Part shown: one piece after another, positions 53,620 through 64,000 of the stretch
Layout: every line of letters begins with the position of its first letter
How positions within the stretch are numbered: position 1 is the stretch's first letter
Assembly (NCBI GenBank): GCA_013239625.1
Contig: MU054212.1
Location: 1,240,001-1,304,000 of the forward strand
Direction: 5' to 3'
Length of the DNA stretch: 64,000 bases
Source: Lama guanicoe
Taxonomy: Eukaryota
Translations under genes and position numbers: made by a program
The notes under the pieces: generated by a model
What the model was told of the DNA's origin: nothing
Databases searched by the model: none
Seen by the model: the letters and a program-made list of their open reading frames with translations, nothing else

Positions 53620-56615
53620 AAGAAATCTAATTAAAAGACAAAAAATGTCAGAATGATTAATAGGAACCCTAATATATACTACCTACAAAAGACAGAAAAT
53701 AAACAAAGATACAGATAGGTTGAAAGTAACTAGATAGAAGGAGACACTATGCAGACAGTAACCATAAGAAGGCCTGAGTGATTATATTACTAACAAGCAA
53801 GATAGATTTCAAAACAAAACATATTATTACAGGAGACAAAGAGGACCACCACATAATGATAAAAGGGTCAGTTAATCAGGAAGTATGATGAGTATGTATG
53901 TGAACAATAACAGAAATGAACAATTCCACAAGTATAGTTAGAGATTTTTAACACCCCTTTGTCGTGGCAGCATTGATACAATCAGCAAAGACACAGAAGA
54001 TTTGAATGCTATCAACCACCATGACTGTTTATAGGACGTGACACCCAACAACAACACATCATTTTCAAGTGCATTCATTAGAATAATCTATATGTAGAGT
54101 CATCAAGCAAGTCTCAAATTTGACAAGGTATAAATCACATAGGCGATGTTCAATGACCAAAATGGAATTAAATTATAAATCAAAAATACAGCCATCAGGA
54201 AAACCTCAATTATTTGGAAATTAAACAACACACTTCTAAAGATTCACTGGTTCAAAGAATAAATCACAACAGGAATTAGAAAATATCTGAACTAGATGAT
54301 AATTCAATGATCGAAGCTTCAACCTTCACAAACTACAAAAGAGAGCAAATTAAACTCAAAGCATGTTGAAACTTTTTAAGATGGAACAAAACTCAATGAA
54401 ACAGAGAACGAAAATAAGAGAAAAATTCAGTGAAGTCAAGAGCTAGTTCTTTGAAAGGATCAATAAAACTGGTAAGTGGCTAGGACGACTGACCCAGGAA
54501 AAAGAGAAGACACAAATTACCAATATAAAAAATGAGAGAAGATTCAACACTACCTATCACACAGTCATTAAAAACATAAGGGAACATTATTAACCATCAG
54601 TTATGATAATCTCAAGAAAATGGGCAAATGTCTTGAAAGGCAAAACTCCAATCCAAGAAGAAACAGAAAATTTGAACAGCCCTATAGCAATCGAAGAAAG
54701 CCACACACACAAACGCCCTGGTCCGTGTGCCTCTACAGGTGAATTCTATCAAGCGTGTACAGAAGCAGTAACTTAATCCTATTCAAACTCTTCCAGAAAA
54801 CTGAAAAGAAACATTTTTAGATGCATTGTATGAGACCAGATAAAACATCACAAGAAAAATACAAATATCCATCATGAACAAAAAAGCAAAAATTCTTAAC
54901 AAAATATTAGCAATTTATTAAAATGATAATATATCATAACCAACGGGGATTTGTCCTAGCCATGTAAGATTAATTTTATTAACACTCTAAAGTCTATCAA
55001 GATAACTAACCATGTTAATAGGATGAGTAAAACTAAATGATCATTTCAATAACATGGAAGAAGCATTTAATAAAATTTAACAGATTTTCATAATCAGGGC
55101 TCTGAGTAAACTAGGAAAGGATAAGAATTTTCTCAACCTGATTATGGGCTTCATAAGTTGAAGCCCTAATCCCCAGTGAGATGACATTTGGAGACAGGGT
55201 TTTTTAAGAGGTAATTAAGGGAAAATGAAATCACAAGGGTGGGACCCTAGTCCAGCATGACTGATGTCCTTATAAAGAGAGGAAGAGCAAGCAGGGATGC
55301 CTGCACGCAGAGAAAAAGCCATGTGAGGACAGAGCAAGGAGGCCGCCATCTGCAAGCCAAGGAGAAAGACCTCAGGAGAAGCCAATCCCTAAGAGTCAAA
55401 GTTAAAACTACAAAACTCTTACAAGGAAACGTAGGAGGGAATACTTCATGGCACTGGACTTGGCAATAGTTTCTTGGATATGAAAACAAGAGCTCTAGTG
55501 ACAAAAGAAAAAATAGGCAAAGCCGAACTATATCAAAAATTAAAACTTCCATGTATCAAAGGACATTATCAGCAGAGTGAAAAGACAACCCAGAGAATTG
55601 GAGAAAATATTTCAAAATCGTGTATTTGATCGGGGTTAATATCCAGAATATACAAAGAACTCCTACAACTCAACACCAGCAAGAAAAAACAATCTGATTA
55701 AAAAATAGGCAAAAGATATAAATAGACATTTCTCTGAAGACAAAATACAAATGGCCAGTAAGCACATAAAAAGATGCTCAACATCATTAGTCATTAGGGA
55801 AATGAAAGTCAAATTACAATTAGATACCATCTCATACTCATTAGGATGGCCAAAAAAAAAAAATCCATGGAAAATAATAAGTGTTACGGTAAGGAGCCCT
55901 TGGGTACCACTGGTGTGAATGTAAAACGGTGCAGGAGCTATGGAAAGCAATATGGAAGTTCCTTAAACAAATTAAAAATAGAACTACCACATGACCCAGC
56001 AATTTCACATCCAGGTAAATCTCCAAAAGAAAGAAATGAAACAGGATCTTGATGAGGTATTTTCACACCCATGTTTGTGGCCACATCATTCACAATAGCC
56101 AAAAGGTAGAAGCCAACTTAAACATCCACTGATGGATGAATGGATAAAGAAAACGTGGTTTATATATACAATGGAATATTATTCAGCCTTAAAAAGGAAA
56201 TCTTGTCACATGCTATAACATGGATGAACCCTGAGGACATTATGCTAAGTGAAATAAACCAGTTACAAAGAGACAAATACAGTATAATTCCACTCATATG
56301 AGGTATCTAAAGTAGTCAAATTCAAAGAAACAGAAAGTAGAATGGTGGTCACCAGGGGATGGGGGTATGGGAAACAAAGAGCTGCTGTTCAGTGGGTAGA
56401 GTTGCAGTTCTGCAAGATGGAAACGTTCTACAGACCTGCTGCACAATGAAGTGAATATGGGTAAAGCTACTGAACTTAAAGACGGTTAAGACTAGCTTTA
56501 TGTTACGTGTATTTTACCATAATAAAAAGAAATTTATAGGTGTAAACACCTACATTAGAAAAGGAAAAAAGGTCTCAAATCAATAACCGAAGCTTCTACC
56601 TTAAGAATCTAGAAG
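53620..56615 (+). mobile_element. Composite of old L1 ORF2/3' UTR fragments interrupted by an MLT1 LTR piece
   Basis: Degenerate L1 endonuclease/RT-region motifs at 53620-55140; better preserved L1 3' part at 55390-56530; another ORF2 piece at about 56540-56615. Confidence 0.8.
55145..55390 (+). mobile_element. MLT1-type MaLR LTR fragment
   Basis: gttgaagccctaatccccagtg ... gactgatgtccttataaagagagg ... catctgcaagccaaggagaaagacctcaggagaa. Confidence 0.75.
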
Positions 56616-57616
56616 GTGAACACAGCCTGCCTTACGGTAGTCACTCACTGAACGCTCACTACCTGGTATCAATGTAGACTCAGAAATGTAGGCTTTCAGT
56701 CAACATTTAAATAAGAAACAAAAGTTGTAAGACAAGGTGAAGCAAAACACAGTAGAAACTAATCAATTCTAAGAGAAGCTAAAAAACAGGAAATTCAAAA
56801 ATTTTAAAAGGATGGGGGGAGCACTGGTTTAACTTTTTGTTTTTAGTTAGACAAGAATGAGAAAGGACCCAACCGAAGAAAAACCTCAGTGTTAAGAAAA
56901 TGATTCAAAAGCTGGAACAGAAGAGAACAGCCGGACTGCACCAACAGGAGAGATGAAGATTAGATGGCTAAGACTGGAGAGTGATTCCCAGGCTGTCTGG
57001 TCTAACACGAAGGGAGGAAGGGGGAGAGGGCACTGAAGGGACCGGTGTGTGCAACCAGGCTGGACTACTGCAGAAGGTGACAAGTCTGTGATGCCCCAAG
57101 GGCAACGCCACTGGTCTTCCAAGAATCCACACAGAGAAGCAGGTGCCGTAATCTAATTTTAGAGCGGGTGGACGGCGTGGCATGCTGACAACATTAAAGA
57201 ACTTCAAGCAGCAAACAGCAAGTACGTCTAGGCTCCAGTCTTAGACTAATCTGCAAGGAGGAAAAACTCCTCCTCCTGGCTGGTAGAAGTGAATAGCCAG
57301 ATGTGAATATGGAGAACCTAAAAACCCCCAATTTTGATATAGGCTTTAACACCAAAAAAACTTCCATTATCCAGATTTACCCAGGTACAAATACACACAG
57401 ACATATATACACAGTACACATATGTAGACATGTACATGCACATGTATGTGTGAACATACATACACACACACAGACATACAAAATGGTAAAAGTTCTGTAT
57501 AAATGTTTCTGGCTCATGTATCTCTCATCCCACAATACATGGAGATTTTTAAAAGCTGGTTATATTTTAAAAATGGATATTCCACAACTTTACTTGTTCT
57601 CAAATAGAAACATATA

Positions 57617-57935
57617 CAGCCATCCCTCAGTATCTGTGAGGGATTGCTTCCAGGACCCCTACAGGATGCCAAATCCACAGATGTTCAAGTGCCTCACATG
57701 AAATGGCATAGTATTTGCATATAACCCATGCACACCCTTCCATACACTTAAAGTCATCTTTGGACCACTTATAATCTCTAACACAATGTAAACGCTATGT
57801 AAATAGTTCCCGGTACATGGCAGATTCAAGTTTTGCTTTTTGGAACTTTCCAGAATTTTTTTCTGTATTTTTTTTTTTGACCCACGGTTTGGTGAATCTG
57901 CAGATGTGGAGCCCACAGATAAAGAGGGCCAACTG
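57617..57935. mobile_element. MER2-like TcMar-Tigger DNA transposon
   Basis: Inverted ends cagccatccctcagtatctgtg / cacagataaagagggccaactg; internal tgaaatggcatagtatttgcatataacc. Confidence 0.8.
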
Positions 57936-58048
57936 CACAAGTGCCTTCTACCCCAAGATTTTACAAGGCAGCTTATACCACTGATTCAGGGCCATCACTT
58001 GCAGAACTGATTTCACAGTCTGAGCAAAAGATGTGTGTGTCATCCTAC

Positions 58049-58112
58049 CGTGCACACTGCTTGAGTTAGGTGTTTGCATCCCTGGCGATAAATATTATGG
58101 ACTGCATCAGGC
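58049..58112 (-). CDS. OSBPL1A: OSBPL1A exon 11 (64 nt), PH domain: (Q)PDAVHNIYRQGCKHLTQAVCT
   Basis: Acceptor ttttgaag|GCC; donor ACG|gtagga; 114-nt intron from exon 10. Confidence 0.95.
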
Positions 58113-58226
58113 CTTCAAAATAAATATAAATTATCAGGGCAAAAGGAAAACTTCAGTGAAAACTTTAAATCATTCAAAATTTAGATGATTTAGCAATTCT
58201 ATCAGTATAAGGATCATAATACTCAC

Positions 58227-58300
58227 TGTTTCCTGTACCATGAAAGGACTCCGTGTTCTAACACTACCCAGAATAATCGCCAGCCAAAAAATCTTGAACT
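58227..58300 (-). CDS. OSBPL1A: OSBPL1A exon 10 (74 nt), PH domain: SSRFFGWRLFWVVLEHGVLSWYRK(Q)
   Basis: Acceptor ttcccttag|AGT; donor ACA|gtgagt. Confidence 0.96.
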
Positions 58301-59159
58301 CTAAGGGAAAAATGACAAAGGTTTTCCAAGCTGATGTATCTAGACTGAAATACTGGACTGATAAAAACTAATTTAAGTTGTGACAGCCCTATCGGAGTCT
58401 TTCATCCAGACAGTACCACTGAACACTCAAAAACGATCAAGCATGAACTGAGGAACTGGATGCAGTAATGGAAACATACCACTACAGAGGGACAGGAATA
58501 GAAGACATGCCATATCTGTAAGATCAACGGTGAACACAGTTTACAGTTCTGACAATACCATGCAGGGATATTTATAGGAAATGTATCAGTTCTGGGCTTC
58601 AGAGACAATTTCCTCAAAGTCCTAAATGAACTTCTAAAAAAAAGAATTATCCTACATTTATTTTATACAATATAAACATACATGTACATAAATATACCGA
58701 GGGAGTGCTTGCAAATGCAGAAGAAACTATGTGCTCTAAAACGGGTAATTCTAGAAAACTAAACTCCAAAACACACAGAAACTTTTAGAACCAGAGAAAT
58801 TTTATATGTGTGCTCTGTGACGATTCACATACTAAGTTCCTCCTGAGTCCTCCATAGTTCAATGTTCATAACAAAAATAATACTGCGATTCTACGATTAA
58901 GAAAAAAAAATTTCCCCCCATTCTGTTCTGTACAAACTTGGTCACCTTTAAGTGTGAGACCAACACCAAAGACAGTTAATTTCTACAATCAGTGGAAGCC
59001 TAGTAAAGACCAACAGTGTAAAAATGGTTTACGTTATAAGATCCAATAATTATTAAATCACATATACTTCAGGAAAAAAAAAAGAAAAAACTTTTAACAA
59101 AAAGAGCACCTGAGAATTCGTTCTTCCAGTTTTATAATTAAAAATCCACCCTAACCCAC

Positions 59160-59204
59160 CTTCCAGAGAGGGCCTTCATATCGTTTCAATGCTTTGTAGA
59201 TGAC
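59160..59204 (-). CDS. OSBPL1A: OSBPL1A exon 9 (45 nt), start of PH domain: VIYKALKRYEGPLWK
   Basis: Acceptor ttcttcaccag|GTC; donor AAG|gtgggt; 99-nt intron from exon 8. Confidence 0.95.
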
Positions 59205-59303
59205 CTGGTGAAGAAAACACATTTTCATTAAAAATGCATCTATATATTTCAAGAATTCAAAATTTTGTTCTACATTATATAAATATAATACATTTCTACA
59301 AAC

Positions 59304-59365
59304 CTTATTACCAACAAGAATGTGTTTCATTTCAGCACCCTGGGCAAGATCAAGGGGTTTCTGAT
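59304..59365 (-). CDS. OSBPL1A: OSBPL1A exon 8 (62 nt): (D)QKPLDLAQGAEMKHILVGNK
   Basis: Acceptor acacag|ATC; donor AAG|gtttgt; phase matches flanking exons. Confidence 0.95.
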
Positions 59366-59417
59366 CTGTGTAAAATGCAAGGAAAAAAGCCATCAAGAGC
59401 TTAATCCTACTACGAAA

Positions 59418-59579
59418 CTGCTACTGCTACTGCTGCACATAATATTCTTTCACAATTCCATCAACTACACCCCTTTACCTGCCTAAAGTTTCATCCCACT
59501 GCTACTGCTACTGCTGCACATAATATTCTTTCACTATTCCATCAACTACACTCCTTTAACTGCCTTAAGTTTCATCCCA
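59418..59579. repeat. Tandem duplication, 2 x 81 bp
   Basis: 59418-59498 and 59499-59579 differ at 4 positions, with no gaps. Confidence 0.95.
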
Positions 59580-59691
59580 GTTCTTTACCCATTTCTTTTC
59601 AGCAGCTAACTATCAAGCCAGCAAATCAGATTAACCTCTGGACGCTCTGTACAGGTTCTGCGATCACTCAAGCTTTCTCACCATAAATCAC

Positions 59692-59857
59692 TGTATCAGT
59701 TTCTTACGGTTGTTGTAACAAATTAGCACATATCTAGTGGCTTAAAACAATACAAATTATTTCTGAACAATGCTGGAGGTCAGAAATCCAAAACCAGTTT
59801 AATTGGGCTTATAATCGAGGTGTCCACAGTACTGTCTTCCTCTGGAGGCTCTAGGGG
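59692..59857 (-). mobile_element. MLT1-type MaLR LTR 3' fragment
   Basis: tgtatcagtttc ... gtaacaaattagcaca ... gtggcttaaaacaa ... ctggaggtcagaaatcc ... tctggaggctctagggg. Confidence 0.72.
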
Positions 59858-60123
59858 CTGGGTAAACTAGATAGTAAAATATTAGCCCTCCCCATAGGAG
59901 CTCAGTCTCATGGGGGACAGCTACCTAAGCCAACAAATGCCACGGAGTATGATTTGGGCTATGATGATAAGCCCTAACCCAGGCTGACAGCAGGCAAAGG
60001 GGAGCCTCCTAAAAAGTGATGTAGAAAAGCCCTAATGGGATGGTCCTGCACTGAAACCCAAGACATCTTTCGCAGCTTCTCCTGTCGGTATCCAATTCTG
60101 TCCTTGATCCTGTCACAAGTGTA

Positions 60124-60761
60124 CAGCCTATCCTCATTGCGTGCAAACTCTGTATTTGCAAATTTGCCTATTATTAAAATTTACTTTAATCCCCAGATCA
60201 GTACTTATGGCCATTTCTTGGTCACTCATGGCACATGCAGGTTAGTAAAAAATTTGAGTGTTCTGATGCACGTGTTCCCCACTGAAGTAGAAAAAGGTGG
60301 TGCTCTGCCTTGTTTCAGTTCTCATACCATAAACAAGTGTCCTCGTCAGTCTACCCAGTGGCACATTTTTCACCGTTTTTGCTTTTTGTTGGTGATTTCA
60401 CTGTTGAAACTGGCCCCCGAGCACAATGCCGAAGTGCCACCTAAGGCTCCTAAGTGCAAGGAGGCAGTCACGTGCCTTAGAACAAAATATGTGTCACACG
60501 AGCTGTTCAGGCGTGAGCTCTAGTGCTCCCGGCAGTGAGCGCCGCGGTAAGGAACCAACAATACACATTAAATACAGCGTTTTTAAACAGAAGCACATGT
60601 AAAACAAGGATACATGCTGATCAGTGGATGAAAATGCTGTGACCAGAGGCTCGCAGGAAACTGACTCTATTGCCCTTATGACCAGTGGTTCAGTATTCAC
60701 TAAATTAGAGTTCATGACAACTTTATAGAAATTAACTACCACAAATAACAAGAATCAACTG
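60124..60761. mobile_element. MER82-like TcMar-Tigger DNA transposon
   Basis: Ends cagcctatcctcatt / aataacaagaatcaactg; about 640 bp; accounts for ORFs 60035..60523 and 60494..60751. Confidence 0.68.
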
Positions 60762-61017
60762 CACTTTTCTTTCCCTGAGAGTAGGAATCAACTCTTAGTC
60801 ATCATTAGTGTGCCTCCTATGAAACAGGCATTACTAAACATTTAGATGTTAACTGTGAAGTAAATTAGTAAGTTTGCTTTTTTCTTTTGTATAAACCCTT
60901 AACTCCAAAATTAAACAGGAACTACACAGTTTAACAAAGGCTGGGCACTAAAACAAAAGACTTGATTTTTATTATAGCTTCAAAATGACCAACAATGTCT
61001 TTCATCAACATGCTTAC

Positions 61018-61162
61018 CGTTTTTATTCTTCAGATTAGGGTCGGCTCCACTTTTGAGAAGCTTTAAGGCACACTGCTTATGAGCCCGGTAAGCAGCACAG
61101 TGCAAGGGTGTATTTCCTAACTGATCCGAACAGTTAACATCAGGAGGGTTTGGCCTGTTGAG
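61018..61162 (-). CDS. OSBPL1A: OSBPL1A exon 7 (145 nt), ankyrin repeat: LNRPNPPDVNCSDQLGNTPLHCAAYRAHKQCALKLLKSGADPNLKNKN
   Basis: Acceptor ttgttag|CTC; donor ACG|gtaagc; ankyrin GxTPLH motif. Confidence 0.96.
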
Positions 61163-62016
61163 CTAACAATTGAAGAAATGCAGTGCAAATTATGCATCAG
61201 AGGTGGACTTTATCCCATAAAACCCATGAAGGCACAGCAGAGCTGAAAGTTCAGGTGGACCCTCACGCTCCAGAGCCTGACCAACAGCCAGGCTCCTTAG
61301 CATCCAGACCGTCAGTGGCTTCTTGCTCACCAAAGCAGCCAACCCGCGTCACTCCCCACGCTCATCCTCAGGGTGCCATGAGATCTCAGGTCCCACGCTC
61401 CCTGACAACAGACACCACACACAACACCAGGGCCACCCCACTCACCCCTGTTCCCACAAGATTCGCGTGTCCCTTCCAGTCCTACAGTTCACACTTGTGA
61501 CAGCAAAGTGACAAACCCGTCTACCATAGTCAATCATTCAGAAGACTTAAAACCACAAATGTTACATGTGTAAATGTTAAAGGTCTACTGAGTTGTTTCC
61601 AACTGACTGCTTTAAAACCCTCTTTACATAGTCTCCATTTCACAAAGTTAAAAAAATGTTTTAGGTACTATACTTGGAAACCAAAGAGGCCTTTCAAATG
61701 AGCTGAAATAACTTTAAAGCAAATGGCTGTACTTCAGTCTTGAATTTAGAACAAATTTAGAATTTCGGGTTTAATGAGACTATTTTCAGGAAATGGAAGC
61801 TGGAAAGTAGGTCTCCTAAGAAGCAAAAAATAATGTGGGTGAAGTTTTCAATCTGTTCTAACAAGATATAACTATTTCAAAAATATTGTCCCTTCTTTGT
61901 ATGTTACTTTTGAGAAGTATAGCATACCTTTCAGAAATAATTGCTCAAAACTAGAGAAAGGTATTCCTTTATAGGATCCTATATATTAAGCGTCAATTTT
62001 AAATTGGCTTAATCTG

Positions 62017-62608
62017 TACTTCAAAATGACACCTGCACCCCAATGTTCATAGCAGCACTGTTTACAATAGCCAACACATGGAAACAGCCTAAATGTCCAT
62101 TGACAGAGGACTGGATAAAGAAGATACAGTGGAATACTATTCAGCCATAAAAACTGACAACATAACACCATTTGCAGTAACATGGATGTTCCTGGAGAAT
62201 GTCATTCTAAGTGAAGTAAGCCAGAAAGAGAAAGAAAAATACCATATGATATCAATAATATGTGGAATCTACAAAAAAAAAAGACAAATGAAATTAAATA
62301 TAAAACAGAAACAGATTCACAGACATAGAATACAAACTTGCAGTTGCCAAGGGGGAGGTGGCTGGGAAGGGACAGACTGGGAGTTCAAGATTTGTAGATA
62401 TTGACAGGTACATATAGAATAGATAAACAAGTTTATACTGTATAGCGCAGGGAAATATATTCAAGATCTTACAGTAGTTCATGGTGAAAAAAGAATATAA
62501 AAATGAATATATGTATATTCATGTATGACTGAAAAATTGTGCTGTATACCAAAAAATTGACACAACATTGTAAACTGACTATAACTCAATTAAAAAAAAA
62601 GAAAAAAG
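62017..62608 (+). mobile_element. 5'-truncated L1 (end of ORF2 and 3' UTR)
   Basis: [34 protein letters not shown] peptide; perfect 16-bp TSD aaattggcttaatctg at 62001-62016 and 62609-62624. Confidence 0.93.
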
Positions 62609-62931
62609 AAATTGGCTTAATCTGAAAAAAAATTTTTCCTTAAACATTACCAAGGAAATTATATTACCTTGAAAAATTGGACTCTCATCCATCAGGTTTT
62701 TAATAAGAAGTGGGGAGGTAAACCAGAAATTTAGAGAAAAATACCATCATTTAAAATGCATCCTGCTTAAACTATTAGCATGCTGTGTTTTTAGATACTT
62801 AAAGACTTTCATTCTATTATTATGATCTCAAGTATTTTGGTCCTATGATTTGACTAAGCCATGAATTTAACTTTAAGCAAAATTTCTCCTGCGGAGAAAA
62901 ATAATGCATTTGGCTTTGTTTCCACTCTTAC

Positions 62932-63017
62932 CAGAGCTGTGAGATCTGCTGTTTTGCCTTCTCTTGCTGCTGCTAAAAGTAATTCTTCAAGCTTTCTTTG
63001 TTGAGTCCTTTCTACAG
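62932..63017 (-). CDS. OSBPL1A: OSBPL1A exon 6 (86 nt), ankyrin-repeat region: (A)VERTQQRKLEELLLAAAREGKTADLTAL
   Basis: Acceptor ttctatag|CTGTA; donor CTG|gtaaga; peptide matches ORP1L. Confidence 0.96.
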
Positions 63018-63484
63018 CTATAGAAGGAAAAGTACAGATTACCTTTAGTCTGGATCCTATTAGCAAATTTATCACAAAATGTATAAAGAGTAAAGTGAGG
63101 CAAGTCATGACGTTTTGGATTGTAATTCAAATGTTATCGTTACTTTGTTACTCACTGCCTTACATTTCCCATTACAATTATGGAATTCAACTTCTCTCAG
63201 ATTCAGATGAATTTACGTTTTCAATTCAGAGGTCTTTTAAGTTCATTGTAACTACAATACCCACCACAAATAATTATGAATTATTTTGCATGCTGAAATA
63301 CTACTACACATCTGCCTTGGAAAGGTAGATAAGTGGGGAGGGGGCTCATACTTTCTAGAACCTTAGAATGTGAAAAGGAACAATAAGAAATTGCACTGGT
63401 AGGAAGAAGTACAAACCAAATAATTTAGGTTTATATATACTTATGCACTTCTACATAAAATACTCATTTCTTTAACAAATACTA

Positions 63485-63720
63485 CAGCACTCACTATGTG
63501 CCAAGTACCTTTCAAAGCACTTAAATAGTATTAACTCATTAAATCCTCATAAATACTCTTTGAAGAGTTACTATTTGCCCAATTTTACAGATGGAAAAAA
63601 CTGAAGTACCAAGAGGTTTAGGAACATAACCTAAGTCACACAGCCAGGATGTGACCGAACTGGGATTTGAATTTGGACAGGTGGGTTCCAGAGTCCATGC
63701 TCTTACCATTACTCTATGCT
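63485..63720 (-). mobile_element. MIR SINE
   Basis: attaactcattaaatcctca ... attttacagatggaaaaaactga ... aagtcacacagc ... ggatttgaa. Confidence 0.82.
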
Positions 63721-64000
63721 GCTTATAGAGAATGAGGGCAAGTGGCAATGCGATTTGCTTCAGAGATGAGTATGTAATAAGGTCTCATTTCTGCTGTTAG
63801 AATTCATTTTAGCTTACAGAGAGGCAGCAATTTCCTAGAAAGGCTTAGTAAGAATCCTCTTTAAAACATGTGTGCAATGTCCCGGGCAAAGGCTGCAAGG
63901 GAGGAACTATAAAACACTCCTCAGGTCTTCCTGAGAAATAATGAATGGTTATTAAGTTAGTAATTACAACACGTGACAGCTGTTTCCGACACTATGCATG

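Larger units (their letters stand above)
1..64000 (-). other. OSBPL1A: Internal part of the OSBPL1A gene (intron 5 to intron 16); both gene ends lie outside the window
   Basis: Eleven exons splice with compatible phases into one open frame matching the remembered human ORP1L sequence from AVERTQQRKLEE to EFYDALS. Confidence 0.97.

Noticed and set aside
59418..59579. CRISPR-like or array interpretation of direct repeats
   Set aside because: Only two adjacent copies, no spacers, eukaryotic intron; a simple tandem duplication.
60035..60523. 162-aa plus-strand ORF
   Set aside because: Lies almost entirely in a non-autonomous Tigger-type element; no transposase motifs.
1..64000. A novel multi-gene system or horizontally acquired segment
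   Set aside because: All recognisable coding signal is explained by OSBPL1A exons and L1 ORF2 remnants; no compositionally foreign block was seen apart from the CpG island.

Overview
Mammalian (eutherian) genomic DNA lying entirely inside the OSBPL1A (ORP1L, oxysterol-binding protein-related protein 1) gene on the minus strand. Eleven canonical GT-AG coding exons are present (1,050 nt, continuous reading frame). They correspond to human exons 6-16 as I recall them (about aa 132-481) and encode the last ankyrin repeats, the PH domain, the coiled coil and the FFAT motif. A ~0.85 kb CpG island inside the 32 kb intron 15 looks like the internal promoter of the short ORP1S isoform. The rest is intronic and rich in transposable elements (L1, L2, MIR, MLT, Tigger/hAT MITEs). 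tRNA-derived SINEs resembling camelid Vic-1 suggest a camelid genome. I found no new multi-gene system. The most interesting signals are (i) a 30-nt in-frame candidate microexon with a UGC motif and its own AUG, which could give a FFAT-containing short isoform; (ii) a candidate alternative first exon in intron 13 encoding a 19-aa N-terminus; (iii) a U6/L1 chimeric retrocopy; (iv) an 81-bp tandem duplication just upstream of exon 8; and (v) a CpG-rich patch over an ancient MIR. Repeat subfamily names and exon numbering are from memory, not from database searches.
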